A stretch of DNA of 64,000 nt from Emiliania huxleyi CCMP1516 (lineage: Eukaryota). Shown in pieces: positions 10,264 to 22,306 of the stretch. Both the position numbers and the translations under genes were made by a program. Below the pieces are notes generated by a model. That model was not told the DNA's origin and did not search any database. It worked only from the letters and a program-made list of their open reading frames with translations. The DNA lies in assembly GCF_000372725.1 (NCBI RefSeq), contig NW_005202428.1, positions 186,001 through 250,000 on the forward strand, given 5' to 3'. Position 1 is the first letter of the stretch. Every line of letters begins with the position of its first letter.

Positions 10264-13200
10264 TCAACTCCGCCCGGGGGCCCTTTGCAGCGACCAAGGA
10301 GATTCCTGTCTGTCCTCCCCCGTTGGCCTCCGGGCCAGAAACTCGGCCGGCGCGATGCCCGCGTCCTCGAGCATGCTCGAAAAGTTGACGCGCGCCGCGT
10401 CTGGTGGCGCGGCCAGCAGCGCCTCGGGTGGGCCCGCCTGCACGAGCGCGCCGCCCGACATGAGCAGCAGCTGCGTCGCGTCGCGGATCGTGAGGAGGCG
10501 GTGCGCAATCATGAGGACCGTCCCCGCGAAATGTCGCCGCACGGCCGACTGGATGAGCGCGTCGGTAGCGTTGTCCACGCTCGCAGTCGCCTCGTCCATG
10601 ATGAGGACGGAGGTCCGCGCGAGAAGCGCCCGCGCGAGGCAGAGGCACTGTCGTTCTCCCTGCGAGAAGTTGCCGCCGTTGTCGACGACGTTGGCGTCGA
10701 GCTGCTCGGGCAGCGACCGCACGACTGCCTCGACGCTCGCATTGCGCAGCGCCGCCCACATCGCCCGATCGTCGTGCTCGCCAAGCGGGTCGAGGTTCTG
10801 CCGCAGGCTGCCCGAGAAGAGCAGCGGCTGCTGCATGATGAGCGCCAGCCGAGGCCGCAGCTCGTGCAGCCCGAGCCGGTCGGTGCGGACGCCGTCTATC
10901 TCGAGGTAGCCCTCGTGCGGCTCCGCCAGCCGGAAGAGGGCGGCTAGGAGCGACGACTTGCCCGCACCCGTCCGGCCGACGACGCCCACCAGGGAGCACG
11001 CAGGAATGTGAAAGCTGACCTGCCGCAGTGCCAGCGGCAAGCCCTGCCGGTACCGCATACTCACGCTGTGCGCAATAATCTCGCCAGCATGAGGCCACTC
11101 GGGCGGCGGCGGCGCGTCCGTCACGAGCGCAGCCTCCTGCGGCAGCGAGTGGTACGCCGCGAGGCGCTCGACGGAGACCATCTGCGTGGCGAGACGGGTT
11201 TGCTGAGAGCGCCGACGGGTGGAGGCGTTCATGGAGGTTGCGTGCAGTCGGTATGGTGAGCAAAAGGCCCCGGGGGGCATGGCTTGCGGTAGTTACGCGA
11301 GGCGGACTGGAGTCCGATGGGCAGTGGGGGATGAGGGCGCGCTTGTCAGAGACAGCCTTGGCTGCGGTCAATTGCGGCGTGGAGAGGTGTTGCCTGGTTC
11401 TCGAGCTCTGCCGTCTGGCGGACCGCCCACTGGAAGAGGCCCGCCAACTGAATGACGTACAAGAGCGCCGCGCCCACCAAGCCCGCGTTGTCGCTGACCG
11501 CGAGGCCGTAGGCCTTCGAGAGCACCGCGGCGAAGCAGGACGTCGCCAGCAACGCGAAGCTCATCATGTCGAGGCGGAAGCCGAGCCAGCGGCCGCCCGC
11601 CACAAAGTGGAAGAATGCGCGCGAGTTGGCATCGTGGAGCGTGTGGAAGCGCGCAAGCAGGTCACGCTCGATGCGGAAGGCGCGGATGGTGGCGAGGCCG
11701 CCGAGGCACTCGGAGAGGAGGGCGAACATGGGCGAGCGCGAGACGGCGTCGAGGCGCTTGATCTCGCGCGCGCCCAACAGGTAGAAGCGCCGCAACCTGC
11801 AGCCGAGTGCAACCGAGTGCAACCAGACACCGCCGAGTGCAGCCGAGTGCGTGCCTCCTCTCGAGTGCGGTGCGGAGCATGCACGGGGCTGTGTCCCCGC
11901 ATCTAGGCCTCGAGGTGCCAGCGAAAGTAGCAGAGGAGGGGCGGCAGCGCGATGAGTGCCCACGGCGCCAGGGCGATGCAGAGCCCGACCGACGCGGTCA
12001 CCATCAGCACGCACTGCATCGTGTCGTGGAAGGTCTGCGGGAGCATCGAGTCGCAAAAGTCGATGTCCTTTGAGAAGCGGTTGAGCAGCCGGCCGCTCGG
12101 GTTCGAGTCGTAAAAGACCATCGGCGCGCGAAGGAGGCGCTGTAGCGCGCACCGGTGCAGCTTGTCGGAGGCGGTCACGGCGATGTGGAAGAAGAGCTGT
12201 GAGCGGACGACGGCAAAGAGGACGGCGGCGAGCAGCAGGCCCGCGCATAGCCAGCTGTGGCGCGGTGCAGCTTGCTCTTCAGCGGGCAGCGAGCCCCAGT
12301 ACGGCAGGTAGAGCAGGCTCGCCGTCGCGCACGCCTGGCCGCCCACCATCAGACAGACCGCAGGAAGCGCCGCCCGCCACCCGGCGGCGCCGGCCCACGT
12401 CCTGTACGTGCGCCACGTCACGCTGCCAACCTCGCGCTCCTCGCTCACCACCAGCTGCGACGGCTCCGGCGCGGCCGTGCCCCCCTCCTCGCCTCCTCCC
12501 CGCCGCCTCCCCGCCGCCTCCTCAGCCGCCGCCGCGCGCTTGACCTGCGAGACGATGGACGCGTCCTCAAGGCCCTCACCATGGCGGTCGCCTCCTCGCT
12601 GGCGTCGCTCCATTGCAGCCGCCGGCTCGGCCGCTGCCGCGTGCGAGGCTGCCTCTCGGATGCCGTCGAGCTCAGGCAGCGCCGGGTTGAGCGCCGCTAA
12701 GGGGGCGTCCGCCACCACCGCCCCTGACCGCAGCACAATCACGCGGCTGACGGCCGCGTGGGCGAGGTACTGCATCTGGTGCGTCACGAGCAGCCGCAGC
12801 GACCCCTTGAGCACGCCGCAGATGAGCCGCTCAAAGACCTGCGCGCCGACGTGAGGGTCCACCGCCGACAGCGGGTCGTCGATCAAGTACGCGTCAGCAC
12901 GGCGATACGCCATCCTCGCCAGCCCAAGGCGGGCGCGCTGCCCGCCGCTGAGCGCGATGCCCCTCTCGCCCACCACAGTCGCGTCGCCAAACGGCATCCG
13001 CGCGATGTCGTCCTCGAGCATGCACGCGCGCACGACGGCCGCGTACCGCGCGCCGTCGAACCGCGGGGCGCGCAGCGTGATGTTCTCGCGCAGCGTGCCG
13101 CTCAGCACCCACGGCTCCTGCATTGCCACCGCCGTCGAGGTGCCCGGTGCGAAGGCGGTCGGCTCGACGCCCGGTAGCTCGCCTGCGGGCATGACTCGGA

Positions 13201-13667
13201 CGCGTCGTGGACGTGTCAGGGACGTGCCCTCGACGCCCGGTAGCTCGCCGAGGAGCGAGAGGAGCAGCGAGCTCTTCCCTGCGCCAACCGCCCCGACGAC
13301 GATCAAAAGCTCGCCCGGCGCGGCCGAGAGGCTGACGCCGTCGACAGTGGGAGCAGAGGCCGCGGAGGCGGCGGGGGCGGCGGTCGGGGCGGCGGCGTTA
13401 GACCAGCTCGCGCGCAGCGAATGGACGCTCAGCATCGCCGTCGGCGGCGCGACATCGTCCGTCAGCGCCGCCGTGCCGACGCCTCGCGCCGCGTCTGGGG
13501 CCGCGTCTTGGGCGCGCCGCGCCTCGGGGAGCTCGAGCAGGCGCTGTGTTGCAGAGGTGCGGAGACGNNNNNNNNNNNNNNNNNNNNNNNNNNNNNNNNN
13601 NNNNNNNNNNNNNNNNNNNNNNNNNNNNNNNNNNNNNNNNNNNNNNNNNNNNNNNNNNNNNNNNNNN

Positions 13668-13764
<97 letters not shown>

Positions 13765-15120
13765 GGGGGGGGAAAGAGGGGGGGAGTGCACGAGGTCTGC
13801 ACCTGGATGCGTCTCGCCCCGACGGCGGCTTGGCTGCCGAACTCGATCCCGAGCGCGAGGAACTTGGTGAGGTGCAGCTGCAGCGTGTTGAAGAGCACGA
13901 GTGTGGTGACCACCATCGAGGGCGTGAGCGCCTTCCCGCGCCACACGTGCAACGCAAAGGTGCAGAAGCCCTGCAGCAGCGGCGCGACGAAATATATGGA
14001 CTCGTTGGCCGCGCGAAGCCGGTTGGCCCTCTGCACGCCCCTCACCTCCTCCGCGCGTGCGCGGCCAATCATCTCGTCCATCGCGTGCTCCCACGCGCAG
14101 ACCTTGACGAGCCGAGCGCCGGTGATGACCTGAGAGATGAGCTTGACGCGCCGGTCGCTGTGCGCGGCGACGCTGCGCCGAATCGCACCGAAGCGACGCG
14201 AGAAGCGCATCTGCAGCGGCACGAGCAGAAGGCAGAGTACAAAGCCGGCTGCGAAGCTCGGGCCGACGAGGTGGAGGCCGAGGCCGAGTACGACGAGCGC
14301 CTCCACTGGCGCGAGGACGAGGTAGCCCGCCATGATGCCGAACGTCTGACGTGCGGGGAGGGAAAGGCTCGGGGGTCCGTCTGGAAGTCAGCGCGGGGGT
14401 GGGTCTGGAAGTCAAAGGCTGGGAACGTCTGGAAGACAGGGAGGGCTTGGCGTGCCTTGGAACCGACAGCGTCGCGGCCCGCGGGCTGGGAATGTGGGAA
14501 GGGGCTCGGCGCGCCTGGAACTTTTCGACGTCGGACGACGCAAGCGTGACGACGTGGCCCACCGAGACGGAGTGGAGCGAACCGAGGGAGAGGCGGAGGG
14601 CCTTCGCCATGATGTGAGTCACCAGGGCGACCCTCATGCGCATGCCGAAGCGCCAGGCGATGAAGAAGTGGAAGTGGTGCAGGAACCAGGCACACAAGCC
14701 GCACCCGACCACCCAACCAGCGTAGCCCAAGCCAGCTCCGAGTGAGCCGTCGCTCTCGTTCAGCCAAGAGACGAGCGCTCCTAGCCCCAGAGCCTGTGCA
14801 ATCTGGCAGCTGGCCTCGGCAGCAGCACCAACGAAGCCCCAAATCGCACGTGGCAGCAGGAGGCGCCACGTCAGGGCGCGCATCAGCGACGGGCGCCTTG
14901 GCCTCAGCCGCTGCTCACGGCGCCAAGCCGCCGCGAGCTGGTCGTGGAGGTTCTGAGAGACTTCTCCAGCAGGCAGTCCGGGAAGGTCACTCGCGTCCAT
15001 ATCGGATTTGTGCGACAGCAGTTCTTTCACCCAGTGGAAGGTCAACTGGCTGAGGAGCGAGGCACCATCGAGAGCGCACGGCTTTGCCTCGGCGGCCGCG
15101 AGCCTTGGCGGCCGGCACAT
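10264..15120 (-). CDS. ABC transporter C family (MRP4-like), full TMD-NBD-TMD-NBD, multi-exon
   Basis: NBD1 has GAVGAGKSS, LSGGQRARLGLAR and YLIDD; NBD2 has GRTGAGKSS, FSQGERQCLCLAR and LIMDEAT; also PSGRLLNRFSKD and REIKRLDAVSRSP. At least 5 introns, mostly GC-AG. Spans the gap 13568-13667. Confidence 0.95.
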
Positions 15121-15124
15121 CGCG

Positions 15125-15380
15125 GCGGCAGAACAGCAGAGGAACTAGCGCCGGGAGAAGCAGCGAGGCGGCAGAACAGCGGAGGAACTAGCGCCGGGAG
15201 AAGCAGCGAGGCGGCAGAACAGCGGAGGAACTAGCGCCGGGAGAAGCAGCGAGGCGGCAGAACAGCGGAGGAACTAGCGCCGGGAGAAGCAGCGACGCGG
15301 CGACGATGTGGTCGCACGAGGAGTTCCGGGAGAAGCAGCGACGCGGTCGCACGAGGGGTTGCCGGGAGAAGCAGCGACGC
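15125..15380. repeat. 43-bp tandem repeat x4 plus degenerate copies, directly upstream of the ABCC start
   Basis: GCGGCAGAACAGCGGAGGAACTAGCGCCGGGAGAAGCAGCGAG at 15125, 15168, 15211 and 15254. Confidence 0.92.
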
Positions 15381-16013
15381 GGGTTGGGCACGACAAGTTT
15401 CGATGGGGAGATGCCACAGGGAAAGAATTACGCCTGCAGGGTAGGGAGGCGTTTGGGGAATACAAAGTGGATCCCGCCCCGCCCCGCCCCGCCCGCAATA
15501 AGCGCAGATGTCCTCTTCAGCCTGCCGAGAGCTTCCTGGCCCGCGCGCGCGCGCTCCGCCTGGCGCGCGGAGCGACTCGGTGGACGTCCGACTCGGTCCG
15601 AGCCCGCCGCCCCTCGCCACTGCACCCTGCTGGCCCATGCAGCGCGACACGGTACGCGGCTGCGAGTGCAGCCGCCTATGTTGGCCAAGATAGGCGGCTG
15701 CACGTGTGGGCGCGAGTACCGCTATATACGCGTCTGCACGTGTGGCCGCGTATCTTGGCTACGATACGCGCCGGCACAGAATGACACGTATCAGCCCCGC
15801 CGAGCTCGATGCGCGGCAGCGGGTGAGGGCGGCTATTCTCCCCCGAGGCAGGCAAGGCGTCCCTCGTGTCGCGCGTGTAAGTCCCGGTTGCCGTGCGCGC
15901 CAGCGCGTGTGGCCGCGTACCTTAGCTAAGATACGCGCGCACGGGCGTGGGTGGGTAAAAACGGGTCACTTTGCGGGGTTTGCCCGATGTCGGTGTATTC
16001 CTCCCTTATTCCT

Positions 16014-16125
16014 AAAAAAAGAAAGAAAACGGACAACCCAAGGGAGGGATGGGAGGACGGCACGCCGCCACCACACAGGGATTTTAAGGAGAGGAGTGTG
16101 GTGCGCTAGCCGTCGCCCACCCTTG
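16014..16125 (-). mobile_element. 3' tail of CRE-like retroelement (tail A)
   Basis: Reverse complement matches 47081-47195 (CAAGGGTGGGCGACGGCTAGCGCACCACAC...CTTAAAATCCCTGTGTGG...TTTCTTT). Confidence 0.8.
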
Positions 16126-18005
16126 GGCGTCCGCCTCTTCCTATAAAGAATTTAAACACAATAAAGAAAGAAAGAACCGCTCTATGGACGGACGGAAAAA
16201 CACCCCCCTTCTATGCCTGACCCTGGGCATGCCTCTCTGGGGGTGAGCTGGGTCGGCCACCTCCGGGTCTGCAACTCGCACGGTGGGTCCGCTTCCGGGC
16301 GAGCATCCGAGGCCTGCGGTTGTCCCTTCGCTGGGCGCGACCGCCATGGAGATCCGCTACACACAGATCAGTGTTTTTGGCGACTATTGCTCGCTCTCTG
16401 TGCAATCGCAACGCCAGAGGCCGTGCTTGGAGAATGGGTCGCGATGCTGCTGCGCCAGTGGATTGAGCCGCTCCGCACGCTCCATCGGTGAGCTGCGGTG
16501 GCGCGCCGGCCGCTTCATGCATGCTCTCGGGCGAGCTGCCGCAAACGCGTTTCCGTCCGCCCGTTTCATCGAGTTTGCCCGAGTGGTAAAATGCAATCGA
16601 ATTTGCCCGAATGGTAAGGTGCAACTTTTGCATTTGGTAAAAGTTGCCCGAGTGGTCAGTGGGGAAAAAACCAAAGCGGAAATGTGGCCCCAAGAGCTAA
16701 AGGTCAACATCACCTCCGGCTACGACAATGTGAACCTGATCTGGTCCTCACGGGGTTGACCCGTCTCCTCCAGATCGAGACGGACTTCATGAACGGCCGA
16801 GCATTGTTTCTTCATTACTATTATTAATTAATGCTTTTTGCACGGCTGAGCCCCCCCCCCCCCCCCTGCGCCCATTCCCTGCCCTCTCCCGCCACACACT
16901 CCGTCAGAGCCCCCTCCCCTCTTGCACAACAGGAATTCTGACAATTAACCAGTGATGCGCGGCGCTGTCTCTCAAGATGGAAGCAGGAAGCTTCCATCCC
17001 GGCGGTGGTTCGAATCCACACGAGCCGAGGGGTGAAGGGGGAGGCAGGCCCGAGGTCTGAAGCTCACCCATTGTGGAAGTGAGAACTGCTCGACCCACCC
17101 CTGATCCTGCTGAACAAGCTCCTCTTGTAGCTCGATCGGTCACACCGCCATCGCCGTCGGGGAGAGGGGGGACGATACTGCCTCGGCAGCGTGCACCTCG
17201 ATCCTGTACCGTGTTTGTTATGACCCCCCCCGATGAACACACCAGTGAGGGAGGGCGAGACGATCGAGGGGTCCCGTACCATGCGGAACCGACCCTATCC
17301 AGTGCTCAAGTGCTCAAGAAAGAACCCCTCCCCCCCCGCCCCGATCCCCCCACCCCCTTGCTCCCCTCCCCCCCCTCGGGAGGGCCGAACTGAGGCGCCC
17401 GTGGGGACCCCGCAATTCCCTTCCCCCCTCGGAGGGCCGGACTGAGGCGTCGAGGGCCCCGCTCTTTCCCTCGCATAGCGGCCACTCTAGTCTTCGGATC
17501 GCTGGTCGAGCGACCCGGGGGATGCCCCGCGCGCCTGACCCAGGCGCGAAAACGAATCTGCGAGGCGTGGCCGCTCATGCGGCCCGATGGGGAGGAACGG
17601 GGCGAGCCCCCTCCAACCCACCCGCGCTAGGTCTCGGGTTTGACGCATGGGGTCACTCCCGCGAAACTCGGGAACTAGCCGGGGCAGTCGGAGAAGTGGC
17701 AACTCCGTGCACTGACGGTCGGCCGCCAGAAAACACGCCTCCGTGGCTCGGGTTACACCAATCCTCGCTACCCAACGCGGCCAAAGGATATCCACCTCGA
17801 GAACCTCGAGAGAGAAGAAAGAAAACAGACACGCCAAACGAGGGATGGGACGAGGACAGGGTGGTCCCCACCTGCACGAGCAGGATTTTGGAAGAACGAT
17901 CAGGGGGACAGGTGGGGCTCTCCTGCTCCTGACAAGGGACACGACAGGCTCGCCTCTTCCTATCTCTCTTGGCAGTCAGAGACGTGATTTTATTTTCGCA
18001 CGTTG

Positions 18006-19148
18006 ATGGCCTCCCACCGCATCGGCGCCCGCCTGTCTGGCCTCTCGCCAGAGCAGCTCGTCGCCTTCATCGACGAGCAGGCGCCTCTCTGGAGCGCCGC
18101 CGCGTTGCGCGTGGCGGAGGAGCACGCCGCTCGGCTCGTGGAGCAGCCCGAGTGGGTGCTCTGCGAGGTCCTCCTCTCGCCGGACCTCGCCCCGCACATC
18201 CTCGCCCAGCTGCCGACCACGGAGCACGCCGTCAAGGGGACGTGCCGCGCGTGGCGCCGCGGCTGGAAGGAGACGCTGAAGAAGCGCGAGAGGCCGCGCA
18301 TGCTCGTGTTCGGCGGCCGCGGCAGCGACCACGAGTTTCTCAACTCGCTGGAGCGGTACGACCCGTCAACGAATGAGTGGGAGGAGGAGGCTGTGGCGCC
18401 GATGCCGACGGCACGCACGCGTCCTGGCATGGCGGTGCTCGACGGCACGCTGTACGCTGTGGGCGGCTTCTGTGACGACGGCTACCTCAGCTCGGTCGAG
18501 CGGTACGATCCGGCGACGAACGCGTGGGAGGCGATGGCGCCGATGGCGGAGGCGCGGAGCGACCATGGTGTGGCGGCGCTCGACGGCAAGCTGTATGCTG
18601 TTGGCGGCTACGACGACGACGACGACCTCCTCAGCTCGGCGGAGCGGTACGATCCCGTGACGAACGCGTGGGAGGCGGTGGCGCCGATGGCGACAGCGCG
18701 GCAGGATCACGCCATGGCGGTGCTGGACGGCAAGCTGTACGCTGTGGGTGGATTCGATGGCGACCGCCTCAACTCGGTCGAGCGGTACGATCCGACAGCG
18801 AACGCGTGGGAGGAGGTGGCGCCGATGGCGGCGGCGCGGGACTATCACGCCGTGGCGATGCTCGACGGCAAGCTGTATGCTGTGGGCGGACTGGATGCCG
18901 GCAGCAACCGCCTCAGCTCGGTGGAGCGGTACGACCCCGCTACGAACGCGTGGGAGGCTGTGGCGCCGATGGCAGAGGCACGGCATTCTCACGGCATGGC
19001 GGTGGTCGACGGCAAGCTGTACGCTATGGGCGGGTACAACAACGGCTTCCTCAACTCAGTCGAGCGGTACGACCTGGCAGTGGGCGCATGGGAGGCGGTG
19101 GCTCCGATGGCGGCGGCGCGGATGACGGCTTTCGCCGTCTTGATGTAG
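18006..19148 (+). CDS. F-box-like + kelch-repeat protein, copy 1 (intronless)
   Basis: LLSPDLAPHILAQL...GTCRAWRR motif followed by kelch repeats APMxxARxxHxxAVLDGKLYAVGG...SSVERYDP. Confidence 0.92.
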   Translation: MASHRIGARLSGLSPEQLVAFIDEQAPLWSAAALRVAEEHAARLVEQPEWVLCEVLLSPDLAPHILAQLPTTEHAVKGTCRAWRRGWKETLKKRERPRMLVFGGRGSDHEFLNSLERYDPSTNEWEEEAVAPMPTARTRPGMAVLDGTLYAVGGFCDDGYLSSVERYDPATNAWEAMAPMAEARSDHGVAALDGKLYAVGGYDDDDDLLSSAERYDPVTNAWEAVAPMATARQDHAMAVLDGKLYAVGGFDGDRLNSVERYDPTANAWEEVAPMAAARDYHAVAMLDGKLYAVGGLDAGSNRLSSVERYDPATNAWEAVAPMAEARHSHGMAVVDGKLYAMGGYNNGFLNSVERYDLAVGAWEAVAPMAAARMTAFAVLM

Positions 19149-19627
19149 TCGCCGTTGTCTGTTGCGTGCTAGCCATGTGTATACTGAAGTCCCTCGCCTG
19201 AGGGCCGACTGACGTGACCGATCTTCACACTTCAGATATTTTCACAGATGAGAGCACTTGAGACCGAAATCACCAGTTTTTTGCCTTGCTGCCCGTTTTT
19301 TGCAGCGGTGCTGGTGTGGCCACAGGCGGGGGCGCGGAAGCCGGGATTTCTTTCCCGTGAGCCGGTGAGTGTGCCAGTCCGCGCCAGTCCGCGCCCTTGT
19401 CGTGCCAGAGTGTGCTGTAGAGACGCTTGTATTCTAAGAATTCTTTCCTGGTGGTGTGCCGGAGATAGTACTAGCACGCGCCAGTTCGCACCTGTGTCGA
19501 GCCTGTCTGCTGTGTGTGAGTGAGTATTCTTGATACGAAACACACACACACACACACACACACCCCTGTCCGCTGTGACTCGAGTTCTTTTCTTTAAATT
19601 CTTCCTGTTGCTCTCTTCTGCGCCGAT

Positions 19628-20779
19628 ATGGCCTCCCACCGCATCGGCGCGCGCGTCGCGGGCCTCTCGCCAGCGCAGCTGTGCGCCATCATCGAGGCGC
19701 AGGCGGGCGCGAGCGACGCCGCGTTGCGCGTGGCGGAGGAGCACGCCGCTCGGCTCGTGGAGCAGCCCGAGTGGGTGCTCTCCGAGGTCCTCCTCTCGCC
19801 GGACCTCGCCCCGCACATCCTCGCCCAGCTGCCGACCACGGAGCACGCCGCCAAGGGGACGTGCCGCGCGTGGCGCCGCGGCTGGAAGGAGACGCTGAAG
19901 AAGCGCAAGAGGCCGCGCGTGCTCGTGATCGGCGGCCGCGGCAGCGAAGGCAGCGAGGGCGAGTTCCTCAACTCGCTGGAGCGGTACGACCCGTCAACAA
20001 ATGAGTGGGAGGGGGAGGTTGTGGCGCCGATGCCTTCGACACGAAGGTTTGTCCGCACGGCGGTGCTCGATGGTAAGCTCTACGCGGCGGGTGGCAGGAA
20101 TGAAGCTGACGATGTAACTTCCAAACTGGTGGAGCGGTACGACTTGGCTGCGAACGTGTGGGAGGCGGTGGCGCCGATGGCGGAGGCGCGGAGCGACCAT
20201 GGTGTGGCGGCGCTCGACGGCAAGCTGTATGCTGTTGGCGGCTACGACGACGACGACGACCTCCTCAGCTCGGTCGAGCGGTACGATCCCGTGACGAACG
20301 CGTGGGAGGCGGTGGCGCCGATGGCGACAGCGCGGCAGGATCACGTCATGGCGGTGCTGGACGGCAAGCTGTACGCTGTGGGCGGATTCGATGGCGACCG
20401 CCTCAGCTCGGTCGAGCGGTACGATCCGACAGCGAACGCGTGGGAGGAGGTGGCGCCCATGGCGGCGGCGCGGGACTATCACGCCGTGGCGATGCTCGAC
20501 GGCAAGCTGTATGCTGTGGGCGGCCTCGACGACGACGGCCCCCTCAGCTCGGTGGAGCGGTACGACCCCGCTACGAACGCGTGGGAGGCTGTGGCGCCGA
20601 TGGCAGAGGCACGGCATTCTCACGGCATGGCGGTGGTCGACGGCAAGCTGTACGCTATGGGCGGGTACAACAACGGCTTCCTCAACTCAGTCGAGCGGTA
20701 CGACCTGGCAGTGGGCGCATGGGAGGCGGTGGCTCCGATGGCGGCGGCGCGGATGAAGGCTTTCGCCATCTTGATGTAG
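19628..20779 (+). CDS. F-box-like + kelch-repeat protein, copy 2
   Basis: Same architecture; tandem paralog. Confidence 0.92.
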   Translation: MASHRIGARVAGLSPAQLCAIIEAQAGASDAALRVAEEHAARLVEQPEWVLSEVLLSPDLAPHILAQLPTTEHAAKGTCRAWRRGWKETLKKRKRPRVLVIGGRGSEGSEGEFLNSLERYDPSTNEWEGEVVAPMPSTRRFVRTAVLDGKLYAAGGRNEADDVTSKLVERYDLAANVWEAVAPMAEARSDHGVAALDGKLYAVGGYDDDDDLLSSVERYDPVTNAWEAVAPMATARQDHVMAVLDGKLYAVGGFDGDRLSSVERYDPTANAWEEVAPMAAARDYHAVAMLDGKLYAVGGLDDDGPLSSVERYDPATNAWEAVAPMAEARHSHGMAVVDGKLYAMGGYNNGFLNSVERYDLAVGAWEAVAPMAAARMKAFAILM

Positions 20780-20924
20780 TCGCCGTTGTGTGCGTGCTAG
20801 CCCCACGGCGTGGAGTGTGCTGAAGTCCCTCGCCTGAGTGTGCGTTCGGTTAAAAGAAAAATAGCCCCATCCTAAAAAGAAACGCTGGGCGCAGCCTCCA
20901 CCGCGCCGCTGACGCTCCACTCCG

Positions 20925-22067
20925 ATGGCCTCCCACCGCATCGGCGCCCGCCTGTCGGGCCTCTCGCCAGAGCAACTCGTCGCCTTCATCGACGAGCAGG
21001 CGCCCCTCTGGAGCGCCGCCGCAATGCGCGTGGCGGAGGAGCACGCCGCTCGGCTCGTGGAGCAGCCCGAGTGGGTGCTCTCCGAGGTCCTCCTCTCGCC
21101 GGACCTCGCCCCGCACATCCTCGCCCAGCTGCCGACCACGGAGCACGCCGCCAAGGGGACGTGCCGCGCGTGGCGCCGCGGCTGGAAGGAGACGCTGAAG
21201 AAGCGCAAGAGGCCGCGCATGCTCGTGTTCGGCGGCCAAGACGGAGACCACGCGTTTCTCAACTCGCTGGAGCGGTACGACCCGTCAACGAATGAGTGGG
21301 AGGAGGAGACTGTGGCGCCGATGCCGTCGGGGCGCCTGAGGGCGCGCATGTCGGTGCTCGATGGCAAGCTGTACGCGGCGGGCGGCCGTGAGGCCGACGA
21401 CGTAACTTCCAACCTGGTGGAGCGGTACGACCTGGCTACGAACGCGTGGGAGGAAGTGGCGCCGATGGCGGAGGCTCGGCAGATTCACGACATGGCAGTG
21501 CTCGACGGCAAGCTGTATGCTGTGGGAGGCTACAACGACGACGTCCTCAGCTCGGTCGAGCGGTACGATCTGGCTGCCAATTCCTGGGAGGCGGTGGCGC
21601 CGATGGTGGCGGCGCGGATGGCTCACGCTGTCGCGGTGCTCGACGGCAAGCTGTACGCTGTGGGAGGCTGCAACGATGACGACGGCACCCTCTTCTCTCT
21701 CGAGCGCTACGATCCCGCCACGAACGCGTGGGAGGCGGTGGTGCCGATGGCAACGGCGCGGTTTGCTCACGCCGTGGCGGTGCTCGACGGCAAGCTGTAC
21801 GCTGTCGGCGGCCACAGCGACGACGACGTCCTCAGCTCAGTCGAGCGGTTCGACCCGGCGACGAATGCATGGGAGGAGGTGGCGCCGATGGCGGAGGTGC
21901 GGTTTAATCACGCTATGGCGGCGCTCGACGGCAAGCTGTATGCGGTGGGAGGCTTCAACAACGGCTTCCTCAGTTCGGTGGAGCGGTACGACCCGGCCGA
22001 GAATGTGTGGGAGGCGGTGGCGCCGATGGCGGCGGCGCGAAGCGCTTCTTTCGCAGTCTTGATGTAG
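20925..22067 (+). CDS. F-box-like + kelch-repeat protein, copy 3
   Basis: Same architecture; tandem paralog. Confidence 0.92.
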   Translation: MASHRIGARLSGLSPEQLVAFIDEQAPLWSAAAMRVAEEHAARLVEQPEWVLSEVLLSPDLAPHILAQLPTTEHAAKGTCRAWRRGWKETLKKRKRPRMLVFGGQDGDHAFLNSLERYDPSTNEWEEETVAPMPSGRLRARMSVLDGKLYAAGGREADDVTSNLVERYDLATNAWEEVAPMAEARQIHDMAVLDGKLYAVGGYNDDVLSSVERYDLAANSWEAVAPMVAARMAHAVAVLDGKLYAVGGCNDDDGTLFSLERYDPATNAWEAVVPMATARFAHAVAVLDGKLYAVGGHSDDDVLSSVERFDPATNAWEEVAPMAEVRFNHAMAALDGKLYAVGGFNNGFLSSVERYDPAENVWEAVAPMAAARSASFAVLM

Positions 22068-22306
22068 AGCGCTCCAAGAGAGGGCTGGTTGCAGGGTCAG
22101 GGCGGGGTGGCCATGTCCCTAGTGCCTTTTTGAGCCTGCCGCGGTGAGCGGCCGGGGGCGCGGGGGCAGAGCCCCCGCGAAGCGATTTTTGACGAATTTG
22201 AGCCATTTTCGGTCATTTTCTAAGAGAATTTTGACACTTTGAGGAGAGCGGAAGTCAGTAACATCGCACGCAGTTCGCGCCCTGGTACACAGTTCAACAA
22301 CAGTTA

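Noticed and set aside
15125..15296. CRISPR-like 43-bp repeats (also the 31-bp repeats at 5677)
   Set aside because: Head-to-tail tandem copies without spacers.
16960..17030. Functional tRNA gene
   Set aside because: Only the T-arm is convincing; no proper acceptor stem, D-arm or 7-nt anticodon loop.
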